Source of the DNA: Terriglobia bacterium
GTDB lineage: Bacteria > Acidobacteriota > Terriglobia > 2-12-FULL-54-10
Length of the DNA stretch: 64,000 bases
Assembly (NCBI GenBank): GCA_963666975.2
Contig: CAXVYR010000004.1
Coordinates: 2,208,001 to 2,272,000, forward strand
Reading direction: 5' to 3'
Made by a program: the position numbers and the translations under genes. The notes beneath the pieces are model-generated. The model saw only the letters and a list, made by a program, of their open reading frames with translations, did not search any database and had not been told where the DNA came from. Below are positions 10,356 through 21,107 of the stretch, in pieces (the first letter of the stretch is position 1; each line of letters begins with the position of its first letter).

Positions 10356-11594
10356 ATGACCCAGAAGAAACGGCTATCCTGGCTTGCAGCGTTTCTTCCA
10401 GGCATTCTGGTGGTCGCCACCGGCGTGGGGGCGGGCGATCTGCTGACCGCCACTCTGGCGGGTTCTGAAGTCGGGCTGGCTCTGCTCTGGGCGGCGGCGG
10501 CGGGCGCTCTGCTAAAGTGGACCCTCAACGAGGGGATCGCACGCTGGCAGATGTCCACCGACACGACCTTGCTCGAAGGTTGGATGCTCCGCCTGGGAGG
10601 CTGGACACAGTGGGTCTTCATGCCCTATTTCTTCTTGTGGACGTTCATGGTGGGCGGCGCGCTGGTGAACGCTTGTGGCGTGGCTGGCGCCAGTCTGCTG
10701 CCGCTGGGCGACATGGAGATCTCCAAGATTATTTGGGGCATTGCTCACTCACTAGCAGGCTTGGTGTTGGTCTGGTGGGGAGGGTATAAGGTTTTTGAAA
10801 AGATGATGGCGGCATGTATTGCCGTAATGTTCGTCGGCGTCCTGCTGACGGCGGTGCTGATCGGGCCGGACTGGGGGGCCGTGCTCCGTGGCGTCCTGAT
10901 CCCCACTATTCCACCGGGCAGCACGCTCTGGATATTGGGAGTTCTCGGCGGCGTGGGAGGGACCGTCACCCTGCTTGCTTATGGATATTTCCTGCGCGAG
11001 ATAGGCCGCAAAGGCGAGAGTGGCCTGAAGGTCAGCCGGATTGACTTGGGAGTTGCCTATGGGCTCACGGCGCTGTTCGGCATGGCGATGATCATCATCG
11101 GGTCGCGGATCACAATCGAAGGCGGGGGAACAGGGCTATTCCTGGAGATCGCCGGGCAGTTGGAACTGGTGCTGGGGCCGGCAGGCAAGTGGCTGTTCCT
11201 GGCCGGGGCCTGGGGGGCGGTCTTTTCCAGCTTGCTGGGAGTTTGGTATGTCTCCCCCTACATTTTTGCGGACTTCATTGCCCTGCGCCGGGGCATGGCG
11301 CCCGGGGAGTACGAGAAGCTGGAACTTCCGAAGACTTGGTCCTACCGCGCCTACCTGATTGGAATTTCCATCGTCCCGTTGGCGCTGTTGTGGTTATCGG
11401 TGCGGCAGATTCAGCTTGCCTATGCCGTCATGGGCGCGCTGTTCATGCCGCTGCTGGCCCTGACGCTGCTGATAATGAACAACCGCGAGTCCTGGGTCCG
11501 CGCGTGGTTCCGCAACGGCCGGTTTATTAACGCCGTATTAGTCATCACGCTGTTGTTCTTTACCTATATCGGCATCCGGCAACTGGGAGGGTAA
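10356..11594 (+). CDS. Nramp/MntH-like divalent metal (or related solute) transporter
   Basis: Own RBS (GAGGGAGG) and ATG at 10356; PGILVVATGVGAGDL, LKWTLNEGIARWQ, AVFSSLLG; about 11 TM segments. Confidence 0.8.
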   Translation: MTQKKRLSWLAAFLPGILVVATGVGAGDLLTATLAGSEVGLALLWAAAAGALLKWTLNEGIARWQMSTDTTLLEGWMLRLGGWTQWVFMPYFFLWTFMVGGALVNACGVAGASLLPLGDMEISKIIWGIAHSLAGLVLVWWGGYKVFEKMMAACIAVMFVGVLLTAVLIGPDWGAVLRGVLIPTIPPGSTLWILGVLGGVGGTVTLLAYGYFLREIGRKGESGLKVSRIDLGVAYGLTALFGMAMIIIGSRITIEGGGTGLFLEIAGQLELVLGPAGKWLFLAGAWGAVFSSLLGVWYVSPYIFADFIALRRGMAPGEYEKLELPKTWSYRAYLIGISIVPLALLWLSVRQIQLAYAVMGALFMPLLALTLLIMNNRESWVRAWFRNGRFINAVLVITLLFFTYIGIRQLGG

Positions 11595-11788
11595 TGTTCC
11601 CCCCTCTGCGGATAGGCGGCGCAGGTGACTGTTCCCCTTCTACTTCCCGAACTTTGTTTACGCGCTACGGAGCGTAGTAATTCTCCAGGGGTTTTGTCTC
11701 CCATGTCACCGGCCCGACCGGCTGCATTCCATTCTCCCCGGCCACGGAAGGCATCAAACGGAAGCCGAATCTCGGCGCATCTTTATTA

Positions 11789-13642
11789 TTACCATTGAGC
11801 CGCCGGTCCGCCGAGTTCTACCTGGGCTCCCGTGGCCTGCATGCCGAATTCGCGGGCCAGCGACGGAACCAGGTGTGCCACCTTGCCTCCTACCATCGTC
11901 ATCAACACCCGGACATTCCTAATGTCATCCTCAGGAATGGTCAGGTAATCCCGATCGAGCACAATCAGGTCCGCCAATTTGCCCGGCTCCAGCGATCCCA
12001 ATACGTCCTCCTTCTTCGAGCCATAGGCCCCCCACAGCGTCGCGGACTTCAACATTGCCCGGCGATCCACCCCCTGTTGCGGCGCGGTAACGTTGCCGTC
12101 CCAATCCTTCCGTGTCACCCCGGAATACAGAACATGGAAGAGGGTCAGATTGGTGGAAGCAATCGCCCGGTCCAACTCCATGCTGTTGATAATCCCAGCG
12201 TCATTGAGACTCTTCCGGGGAACCACCTGCATCGCCCCTCGTTCGCCGTAGTCTCTCAGAATATCCTGGCCCCTGGCCTCCCAGATGTAGAAGTCCCAAC
12301 CGCTGGTCATTATGCCCAGCTTCTGGAAGCGGGGGATCTGGTCGGGACGAGGATACATGGCCATGTGCTCGGTGACGTGTCGTTTGGATCGAATCTCTTC
12401 CAGTGTCATGCCGGCATCTTTCCCCGCCTTCTCGATGATGTCCAGGATCAGGTCTATCTCTCCGTCCGCCATGATATGGTCCCCCGATAACCGGCCGCCA
12501 GCTTTCATATACTCGTAAAAGGCACGCGAAACGAGCGGGTCTTCGAAGAGGCAGGGACGCTCCCGCTGCTTGACCTCAGGCGAGGTGCCGGGCAGTTTGC
12601 TGCAGTTCCCGCCCATGCGAGGCGTCATGCCATTCACCCATAAATAGTCGGAACCCCGGCCTTCTTGAGCCGCTACAGCCTCAACAAAGTAAGGATCCTG
12701 AAAAAAATCGTTCCTATAAGGCCAGTACCAACCCCAACCCATGCGGATGGCCATTTTCCCTTGGCGTTCCAACCGGTTGTAGGCACGGATTGCACCCCCC
12801 GTGTAGAGGGAAGTTGCGTTCAGGGTTTGACCGTAGCCAGCCATCCAGGACAACCCCAGACGATAAATCTCCGCCAACACATCCGGCGGGAAACCTGCAT
12901 CCTGCTCGATATAGCGATAACAAGTGCTGCAAACTCCCCTTTCTGCATCCTGCGGGGGAATGGGCTTGATCAGAAACTTTTCCCACTGGTCGCCGTAATA
13001 CTTCTTGGTCTCTTCGACGACTTTCTCGTTAAATAAAGTCCCCACAAAGTTGGTGCGCACAACCACCGGATTGTTGGGCGCCGCCAGGTCCAGCATTTCC
13101 TTGGTGAGTTGCCGTCCCAAGAACGCGGTAATTTCTTCTCTCCAGCGGTAGTCCTTTCCGAACAACATCACAATTCGGACCCACTGGCCCGGCTTTGCCT
13201 TTCGAACCGCCTCCTCCAATACGCGAGGGAATTGCTGGAGCTGCTGCTGCGGGGGCGCATCCAGAAAACGGTGGACCATGATGTCGTCGGTAACAACCTT
13301 CTTCATGATGTAAGGATTCAGCGGGTCCCAGTCCTGGGGATGATCGTGGGTGAGCGCGATGCCCGGCATGACCATCCTGCCCTTCAGGTCATAGGACTTG
13401 GTGTTGCTGCCCGCCAGGCGACGAACCTGAGAATCGCTTCCCACGGCAACAATCTTTCCGTCCTGAAGCGCAATCGCCTGAGCCGAAGTGCCCAAGTTCG
13501 AATTGACCTCATGGTTGTCCACCGTCACGATCTTTCCATTGTGGAGAATGGTATCCGGACCTTGCTGGGCCCGAAGAAGATCCTGTCCAGTCCAGATTAG
13601 CCACATCATTAGCGCAAATCGCAGAATCCATCGGCTTTTCAT
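11789..13642 (-). CDS. Exported YtcJ-like amidohydrolase (Amidohydro_3), paralog A
   Basis: Signal peptide ..LRA|QQ; NGKIVTVD, DLKGRMVMPG, THDHP, GSLEPGKLADLIVLDRD. Confidence 0.88.
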   Translation of the reverse strand: MKSRWILRFALMMWLIWTGQDLLRAQQGPDTILHNGKIVTVDNHEVNSNLGTSAQAIALQDGKIVAVGSDSQVRRLAGSNTKSYDLKGRMVMPGIALTHDHPQDWDPLNPYIMKKVVTDDIMVHRFLDAPPQQQLQQFPRVLEEAVRKAKPGQWVRIVMLFGKDYRWREEITAFLGRQLTKEMLDLAAPNNPVVVRTNFVGTLFNEKVVEETKKYYGDQWEKFLIKPIPPQDAERGVCSTCYRYIEQDAGFPPDVLAEIYRLGLSWMAGYGQTLNATSLYTGGAIRAYNRLERQGKMAIRMGWGWYWPYRNDFFQDPYFVEAVAAQEGRGSDYLWVNGMTPRMGGNCSKLPGTSPEVKQRERPCLFEDPLVSRAFYEYMKAGGRLSGDHIMADGEIDLILDIIEKAGKDAGMTLEEIRSKRHVTEHMAMYPRPDQIPRFQKLGIMTSGWDFYIWEARGQDILRDYGERGAMQVVPRKSLNDAGIINSMELDRAIASTNLTLFHVLYSGVTRKDWDGNVTAPQQGVDRRAMLKSATLWGAYGSKKEDVLGSLEPGKLADLIVLDRDYLTIPEDDIRNVRVLMTMVGGKVAHLVPSLAREFGMQATGAQVELGGPAAQW

Positions 13643-13908
13643 TATTCACTCATCCTTTCATCACTTACTTTTGCCATCATGTTCGAAGATCGATTGCCCG
13701 GACGGTTTCGCTGACTTCACCTTAACAACATCCAGTATGCTAAGTCAAACAATGCGCTGCAAGTATCCCAAAACAACTCCTGACCCCAACCAACACCAGC
13801 CGAAGCGAGGTTTGTATCACGGCAGAATGCCCCCCTAGACTCCAATGGCCGGGAGCAAAAATTCTCTATTCGAAAACAGCGACCCATTCGAACCGGGTTT
13901 TTCCCGCT

Positions 13909-14910
13909 CTACCAGCCAGGCGGGATCTTGTCATTCCATGTGGTCGCGCCTACGGGTTGCATCCCGGTCTCAGTGGCAAAGGAAGAAGCTAGATGCACGA
14001 CCTTCCCTCCTACGGCCGACATCAGCACGCGAATGCTTGGGATCTGCTCCTCCGGGATGGTCAGGAAATCTTTATCCAACACAATAAAATCCGCAAGCTT
14101 ACCCGGTTCGAGCGTTCCCAACAGGTCTTCCCGCAAGATGTAATAGGACCCCCAGCGGGTCAGGGCCTTCAACTGGATAATCCTGTCCGTCCTTTGATCC
14201 GCTCCATTCTATCCCTGTATTCCCGCCCGGGGTCCAAAACGCATCGCGAAAGGCTGTCTGCGGCCTCCTGCCCGTGAGTTGCCACCCAATCCGGCCGAAC
14301 GGGGACGCTCATACAGTTCGTGCCGGATCTGCCCCACGCCCCCACTAACCAGAGGTGATCGGTGCCGTGCCCCTGGATGGCTGCCAAATACCGCAACGTA
14401 TCTACGTCCCAGTTGGGCCCCGTATAGCCCCAGGCGAAGCGGCCCGGCATTTCTCCCTTCCGGTCCAGGTAGTCCAGAGCATGTAAGTTCCGGTAGGCAT
14501 AGGGAGAGGAACCGAAGGTCGTGATCCCCCAGCTCGCCCACAACTCCATTTCCGCCTTCAGAATCTCGGCGAGCAGCGGCAGCTTGTCCTGGAGCATCAC
14601 ATCGGGTTCCACCGGCCGGTTGAAGCTAAAACCCGAGCTCAACCATTGTTCGATAGCCGGCGTACTATTCTCTACGCCATTGGTAAATACGGATAGCGTA
14701 GGGTGGACCTCGCGCAGCGCGTCAATGGCTTTCTGGTTGACCACGGAAAAAATAAACCCGCTCTTCACCTTCAATGGGTTGTTCGGAGCCAACTGATCCA
14801 GCCACGTCCACCTGCTGGGCCCGTCCCCCCGCGCTGCATAGAATTACGGCTATCACCAGAGTGAATGTTTTCTTTATCCCGCTGATCTCCGCATCAAAAA
14901 ACTGACCCAC
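13909..14910 (-). pseudogene. YtcJ-like amidohydrolase paralog with two large internal deletions
   Basis: Signal peptide (..GGRA|QQVDV) jumps out of frame to LDQLAPNNP; a second jump goes from RMERIK to TDRIIQLKALTRWGSYY..GTLEPGKLADF. The HxH motif region is lost. Confidence 0.8.
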
Positions 14911-14911
14911 G

Positions 14912-14958
14912 AAAAAAGGCGCTTCCTAAATGAGGAATCCCCCATTTTGAAAGCGCCT
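14912..14958 (-). terminator. Intrinsic terminator after the TonB-dependent transporter gene
   Basis: Minus strand AGGCGCTT..AAGCGCCT stem followed by a T-tract. Confidence 0.65.
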
Positions 14959-15017
14959 CCTTTTCTCTTCTCTTTCTTTTCTTCTCTTTCTCTTCTTCTC
15001 TTTCTCTTCTTCTCTTT
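14959..15017. repeat. Pure pyrimidine (C/T) tract with a TTCTCTTTCTC-like unit
   Basis: About 59 bp with no purines on the + strand. Confidence 0.85.
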
Positions 15018-15040
15018 AGGCCCTCAGAACTATCGGCCCA

Positions 15041-18000
15041 TCAAAAGGTGAACTTCAACCCGAACTGAATCTGCCGCGACACGTTGAGCGTGTTGCTGAC
15101 CCTTCCCGCAGAGCCGACATCAATGAACGCGCCCGGACGGGCAAAAGTGGGACGATTGAAGATATTAAAGAACTCCGACCGGAATTCCAAGTTCATCTGC
15201 TCGCCAAAGGAAAAGTTCTTTCCCAACACCAAGTCGACGTTGTTGACTCCCGGGCCTGAAATGGTGTTTTTAGCCACGTTGCCTAAGAATCCACGCTCCT
15301 GGAGTACAAAAGCACTCGGGTCAAAGTAATTGTCAGGACCTCCCAAAACGGGGTTATTGGTGGATCCCGCTTGATCCGGGCGGCTAGTAAAACGAGCCGA
15401 ACCATTTTCGTGTCGCTGGGCACGCGTTAGTGCGGAAAATGGGTTGCCGTCCGAGAGCTTCAAGATTCCATTTACTTGCCAACCTCCTAACACTGCTTGC
15501 GCGACACCGCTCTGGAAGGCTGGGGTTGGTATCTCGTAAGAGAAATTGAGAATAAATCTGTTTCTTGTGTCGAAATCGGACAATCCTCGCTCGCTCTTGT
15601 GGTCATCCGGGTCCGGTCCTCCAGAGGCGCCATTTCCGTTATTCCCAACCTGATCCCACCTGTCATAACCTTCATCAATCGACTTGGAGAACGTGTAGGC
15701 GACCCCGAACTGTAATCCCCGGCTGAAGCGGCGATCCAGATTCACCTGCAGGGAGTTGTAAAAGGATTGAGCCCAGCTGGATTGGCGAGCATCGTTCGCA
15801 AAGTTGGGATTGCGCCGGCTAGTGGGGCCGTTAGGGCAGCTTGGGTTTCCGCCTGTGTAGTTGAAGCACTTGCGGCCATCGGAAAGGATGGTGGGTTGCT
15901 TGATATTGGCGGTTCTCATCATCAACAGGTGATTTCCCCTGGATCCGGCATAAGACACCTTTAACGAGGTTCCCTCCATAATCTCCCGCTGGACGGTCAG
16001 GTTGTACTGCATGATATAGGGGTGGTCGAGGTCAAAATCGTTGACTTGCAACGACGGCACCCCGCTAACAGCAGGGTCGACCCCTCTGTAGACTCCCAAG
16101 AAGGACGGGTTTGTGACGCTCCCAATACTGAAAAAAGGAGGGTTGCGAACCGAATTGATGAACCAAACGTTGGAAAGCAGATACTGCCGGAACATCCCGA
16201 ATCCCCCTCGGAGAGCGGTTTTGCCGTCCCCCCGCATATCCCAGGCAAAGCCAACGCGAGGCTGGAAATTTAGCCACTGGTCGGCTTGCTTAAAGAACGG
16301 TCCGATCGTGACCTCGGGGTCCAGGTTGTCCCTGACGTTCGCCAAAAGACCTTGGTTTTCCGTCGGAACAGTTGCCATTTCATATCGCATCCCAAAGTTC
16401 AAGGTGAAGCTCGGTCTGACTTGGTAAGAATCCTCTATGTGGAGACCAAACATAGACTGGCGCATACTGCGGACCGCGCCAGAGCCTATGGCGGCGCCGG
16501 TAAACCGCCGGGTTTCGGCCCTCAAAAAATTCTCCAGCGAACGAAAGAAGTAGCTTCCACCCTGAGAGGTGGGGGCGTTGAGATTGGCCTGATATCGCTT
16601 GATGTTCACTCCCATTTTTAACTGGTGTGCTCCCAGACTGCTGCTGACATCGTCCATGAACTGGAAGTTGTTCGTAATGTAAAGCTTCGGATAATTCCCA
16701 AAACCCCCAATAGACGTATGCGCGCCGCCATCGAACTGTAAGTCGGAACTGTCGCCAAATTGGAAGCCAGGAGTAATATCAAACTGAGACGGCAAAGGCG
16801 TGAAATTGAGTGTGTCGTCAACGCCTTGGAACGCGCGGGCGAACCCAAACCGCGCGGTATTGATCCAGATGGGCGAAAAGATGTGGTTGTGTTCCAACGT
16901 GGCGTACTGCCATCTATATCTTGCCTCCTGAGTGGTTGCGTTGAGTCTACCCGGACCACTAATCGTGGAATTGTCGTAGGTATAGCGGAAAAAAATGTTA
17001 TCGCTATCCGAGATGCGGTGGTCCACCCGCGTCATCCAAAACAATTGATCAGTCGGCTGACTGAAAGCTTGGACAAACTGTCCTGTGCCATCTCCATTAT
17101 TTATCGGGGTGTTCACTCGAGGCACAATCGCCTCGATGTAAGGCGCGATATCCGGATGGACCCCGATGTCGCCAAGACCAGGAAGGATTCCCATCCGGGC
17201 ATTGTCGTCCATGACTGTTTCGTTGGTGTCTTTGGCCAACCGCTCCCGGAGCAGTTCTATTGTTCCGAAAAAGAAAGTCCGGTCTCGGACAATGGGCCCT
17301 CCCGCGGCGCCCCCGAACTGGTTGCGCTTAAACGCTCCTTTGGGCTTCCCGGCCGCATTGAGGAAAAATTGATTGGCATCGAGCGAACTGTTGCGAAGAA
17401 ATTCAAACGCCGAGCCGTGTATCTCATTGGTCCCAGATTGAGTCACCGCATTGACCACCGCGCCGCCCTGGCTGCTGAAGGAGGCGGTGTAGCTATTGGT
17501 CATGACCGAAAACTCTCGAATGGCTTCGATACCCAATCCACCCCCATTCACTGCTCCGGGGACCTGACGGTGAACGTCGGAGACCTCCGTGCCGTCCATC
17601 AGAAACAAATTGGCGGACACCCTGGCCCCGCCGGAGGAGATTCTTTTTCCGGAACCGGTCCCGCCAGGGATAGATCCAGCCGCACCTTGGGAGTTCATCA
17701 CCGGGTTCATGCCGGTTTGCAGCAGTACGAGCTGGGTATAATCGCGGCCATTTAAGGGCAAATCGCGGATCTGTTTATCGTCAACCAGCTGCGACAGGGC
17801 AGAGGTCGTGGTCTCCACCACGGGAGCCTCCCCGGTTATGGTCACGCTTTCCGTGACCGCCCCTACGCTGAGCGTAATATTGATGGTCGCTTCCTGGCCC
17901 ACCGTTAACTGGATGCCAGCGCGAATCGACGCTTGAAACCCCGACAATTCCGCTCTCACGTCATACATTCCTACCTGCAGTTGCCGCAGGTGATAGACAC

Positions 18001-18253
18001 CTCTGGCATCGGTCTCCCCCCTGCGGACGGCTCCCGTGCCGGTGTTATTGGATGTCACGGCCACTCCCGGTATGACCGCCCCGGTGTCGTCGGTCACTGT
18101 GCCGGAAATCGTGGCAGTGGTCATCTGCGAATACCCGGTGGCGAGGAAAAGCACCACGGCAAGAACCGAGGTTGCCGCCGCTTTAGTCAGAGCACCGCCC
18201 TTATCACTGCCTCTATCAACGAGCCGCCTCGAAAAGAATCCATTCCGCTGCAT
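15041..18253 (-). CDS. Oar-like TonB-dependent outer-membrane transporter 1 (CarboxypepD_reg N-domain)
   Basis: TISGTVTDDTGAVIPG, DLPLNGRDY, FEFLRNSSLDA, RNQFGG, C-terminal RQIQFGLKFTF; GGAGG RBS before ATG 18253. Confidence 0.93.
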   Translation of the reverse strand: MQRNGFFSRRLVDRGSDKGGALTKAAATSVLAVVLFLATGYSQMTTATISGTVTDDTGAVIPGVAVTSNNTGTGAVRRGETDARGVYHLRQLQVGMYDVRAELSGFQASIRAGIQLTVGQEATINITLSVGAVTESVTITGEAPVVETTTSALSQLVDDKQIRDLPLNGRDYTQLVLLQTGMNPVMNSQGAAGSIPGGTGSGKRISSGGARVSANLFLMDGTEVSDVHRQVPGAVNGGGLGIEAIREFSVMTNSYTASFSSQGGAVVNAVTQSGTNEIHGSAFEFLRNSSLDANQFFLNAAGKPKGAFKRNQFGGAAGGPIVRDRTFFFGTIELLRERLAKDTNETVMDDNARMGILPGLGDIGVHPDIAPYIEAIVPRVNTPINNGDGTGQFVQAFSQPTDQLFWMTRVDHRISDSDNIFFRYTYDNSTISGPGRLNATTQEARYRWQYATLEHNHIFSPIWINTARFGFARAFQGVDDTLNFTPLPSQFDITPGFQFGDSSDLQFDGGAHTSIGGFGNYPKLYITNNFQFMDDVSSSLGAHQLKMGVNIKRYQANLNAPTSQGGSYFFRSLENFLRAETRRFTGAAIGSGAVRSMRQSMFGLHIEDSYQVRPSFTLNFGMRYEMATVPTENQGLLANVRDNLDPEVTIGPFFKQADQWLNFQPRVGFAWDMRGDGKTALRGGFGMFRQYLLSNVWFINSVRNPPFFSIGSVTNPSFLGVYRGVDPAVSGVPSLQVNDFDLDHPYIMQYNLTVQREIMEGTSLKVSYAGSRGNHLLMMRTANIKQPTILSDGRKCFNYTGGNPSCPNGPTSRRNPNFANDARQSSWAQSFYNSLQVNLDRRFSRGLQFGVAYTFSKSIDEGYDRWDQVGNNGNGASGGPDPDDHKSERGLSDFDTRNRFILNFSYEIPTPAFQSGVAQAVLGGWQVNGILKLSDGNPFSALTRAQRHENGSARFTSRPDQAGSTNNPVLGGPDNYFDPSAFVLQERGFLGNVAKNTISGPGVNNVDLVLGKNFSFGEQMNLEFRSEFFNIFNRPTFARPGAFIDVGSAGRVSNTLNVSRQIQFGLKFTF

Positions 18254-19236
18254 ATAAGCCCTCCAACATAATTTTGTAAGACTGTGGGAAGCGCACCTTC
18301 CAAAGCAATAACTAAACGACACCCCGCCTCATAAGGAACGACTCGACCCAAAATTCTCCAGTTGCTACCTTTTTACGCCTGTTCCTAACAGTCTGTCAAG
18401 GGTTTTTTATTGGAGTGTGTAATTAAAATTTAAGGATGATATGTCCTGTGGAATTAGCAAGTTAAGTGTTCTCTAGTAGGCGGCCTGGGGTAAGACCTCC
18501 TGTCCGGGAAGTGGAGATGGATGTTTGACTTCAGCGGAAATGGGAGCGATTTGAGACGGGGGGTAAGATACACAGTTTGAAGTTTGGTTCACCCCAAACT
18601 TAGGGATTAGACTGACGGAGCGAGCAGAGGCAGTCTAAGGCGGCCTTCGGGGCTCCATGCGGGCCGGAAAGGGTGAACAGGAAGGGCGAAAGCGAGCCGA
18701 GGGCCCAAGGGGTCTGGGGGATCAGAGATCCTGCCGGCGCCATTCCCCGGCCAAGGCCAGTTGGAAGCTGCAGGCTTTCACCGCCAGGATCACCGGCTAC
18801 CGGGCGAAGTAACTTCGCAGGGCGCTCGGGGTCGTTGGCGCCGCGACCCTGTAAGGAGAATTTATCCGGTTGCATCTATGGCGATCCTGTAACAAAATCG
18901 TCGGTGAAGGTCTACTCCGATGTAGACCATCCCGTGCGTGCTGGCTGTGAAATGGTTTCTTGCTCGCAACCATTCCTGTCGCCTCCAGGCACGGCGTCTT
19001 CATTTTATCTAAGGGGATGGACGGACTCCTGCGAGGCTCAGATGTGCGGTGACTTCCCTCATGCGCTACAGCGCGGCGAACATCCCGCGATTGGCGGCAT
19101 GCGACGCCACGGTTGAACTCATGCCCTGACGGTTCAGATCGTCACCGTATTCTATAATCCTCAATAGCAGATCAAGACTTCTAGCCGTAGGACAGGCCTC
19201 CAGGGACTGTTCTCCAATCACCCCGGGAGGAACGCC

Positions 19237-21060
19237 ATGAGGAAACTCCGTGATTCCTGGCTTGCCGCTTGCCTAATTTCTCTTCTCTGGATCCTCCCCG
19301 TTTCCGCTGCTCCTCAAGGCGAACAGCCGGGCATCCTGGTGATCGAAGGGGGGACCCTGATTGACGGCAACGGAGGAGAGCCTGTGCCGGATGCCGTAGT
19401 CGTCATCCGGGGAAACAGGATCGAGAGTGTGTCTCGAAAGGGGCAAGCGCGCTACCCGGCGGACGCGCAGGTACTTCAAGCCGACGGAAAGTTCATCCTG
19501 CCCGGCTTGATGGACGCGCATGTTCACTACGCTGGATGGATGCCGGAACTGATGCTCTCTCACGGCGTGACGTCGATCTTTTCAATCGGCACCGGAGGCC
19601 AGTGGGCCGTTGCCCAACGCGAGGCGATTGACCGGGGCAAGATTCCCGGTCCCAGAACCTTTGTGGCAGTGGGCACCGTGCTTGGGCCGTGGCACACGGA
19701 AATGGCCCCGATGACGAGTCGCCAGGTGATTGACTCGCCTGAAAAGGCAAGAGAAGCCGTGAAACGTTATATTGCCGCTGGGGCCGATATGGTCAATGTG
19801 CAACGGGGACTCACGCTGGAAGCCTGGAAGGCGGTCATCGAGGAGGCTCATCAAGCAGGCTTGCCCGTCGTGGCCCAGCCCATAGGACCCACGGTTTACG
19901 CGAGGGAAGCCATCCTGGCCGGGGCCGATATTCTGGAGCATGCGGCCGGAGTGGGTTACTCGATCGTCAAAGACCCTTCCCAGTGGGAGGGCTACGGCGA
20001 CGTCGAAGTGCACTCGATCGATCCGACTCCTTTTGCCGACATGGACGAGAGGAAGGCTGCGGAACTGATCCAACTGATGGTAGAGCGCAACGTCTATTTG
20101 GAACCGGACATGATCGCCGTGGGGCGGGGATTTCAAGCAGGCCGTGAGCGCTTTGAGTTGCAAGACCGCAGGTTGCTGGACAACCCGGGCCTTGCCTATG
20201 TTCCCGAACAGAACCGCCAAAAGATTTTCATGACCTACAGAGAATTTGAGCATCTGGAGCCTGCCGAATGGGAACGCAAGCAAAAGGGTTACCAGAACAT
20301 GCTGCGGTTTATCCGGCAGTTCGCGCAGGCTGGAGGAAAGGTGATGACCGGGACAGACGCCGCAGGCTGGGATGTGCCCGGTCTAGGCTTGCATCATGAG
20401 ATGGAGATACTAGTGGAGGAGGCCGGGCTGACCCCGATGCAAGCCATCGTGGCGGCGACCCGGAATCCTGCCGAGGGGTTCCGGGTGCTGGATCGCTTAG
20501 GAACTATCGAGGCAGGCAAGCTGGCTGACTTGGTCATCGTCAATGACGATCCCCTGGAAAACATCCGCAACCTGCAGGACATCGAGTGGGTGGTCAAAGA
20601 TGGGAAGGTGGTGGATCGAACTTACCATGCCTGGTTTCAGAACCCGTTGCCGCGCGGCAGGGCAACAGCTCAGGACTGGTTCGCAGCCCTGAAGCGACAG
20701 TCCCTGCAAGGGATTCGAACACGGGCCGGCTTGAGGGACCCCACCTGGTCGTTTGGGCAGCCCACCCCGGGGATCGAATCGATCTCTCCGAGCATGGTTA
20801 CGGAAGGAGAACCGACCCGGACCCTGACCATCAAGGGAGTGAACTTCACCACCAGATCGCTGGCCTATTTTGACGGCAAGCCCGTACCCACCCGTCTAGC
20901 GAGTGAAACGGAGCTGAGAGTTACAATCGACGCCGGCTTCATCGCACGCGTTGGGACATATCCTATCGTAGTAAGGAATCCGGGACTGTCCCAGCAACCG
21001 CAATGGGGGGGAGATACGTCGAACACGGCTCACCTCCTGGTGAATTTTAAACCAGAATAA
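19237..21060 (+). CDS. Exported metal-dependent amidohydrolase with C-terminal IPT/TIG-like domain
   Basis: Signal peptide; PGLMDAHVH, ILEH, GTD, GTIEAGKLADLV; C-terminal PGIESISPS..LTIKGVNF..GTYPIVVRNP. Confidence 0.88.
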   Translation: MRKLRDSWLAACLISLLWILPVSAAPQGEQPGILVIEGGTLIDGNGGEPVPDAVVVIRGNRIESVSRKGQARYPADAQVLQADGKFILPGLMDAHVHYAGWMPELMLSHGVTSIFSIGTGGQWAVAQREAIDRGKIPGPRTFVAVGTVLGPWHTEMAPMTSRQVIDSPEKAREAVKRYIAAGADMVNVQRGLTLEAWKAVIEEAHQAGLPVVAQPIGPTVYAREAILAGADILEHAAGVGYSIVKDPSQWEGYGDVEVHSIDPTPFADMDERKAAELIQLMVERNVYLEPDMIAVGRGFQAGRERFELQDRRLLDNPGLAYVPEQNRQKIFMTYREFEHLEPAEWERKQKGYQNMLRFIRQFAQAGGKVMTGTDAAGWDVPGLGLHHEMEILVEEAGLTPMQAIVAATRNPAEGFRVLDRLGTIEAGKLADLVIVNDDPLENIRNLQDIEWVVKDGKVVDRTYHAWFQNPLPRGRATAQDWFAALKRQSLQGIRTRAGLRDPTWSFGQPTPGIESISPSMVTEGEPTRTLTIKGVNFTTRSLAYFDGKPVPTRLASETELRVTIDAGFIARVGTYPIVVRNPGLSQQPQWGGDTSNTAHLLVNFKPE

Positions 21061-21107
21061 TCAAGCATTGTGCTTGGCGGAAGAGCCAGGCTTGCAACGA
21101 GGCTTTT

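Noticed and set aside
9696-11594. 632-aa YccA-Nramp fusion ORF
   Set aside because: Explained by a frameshift that removes the YccA stop; the downstream gene has its own RBS and start
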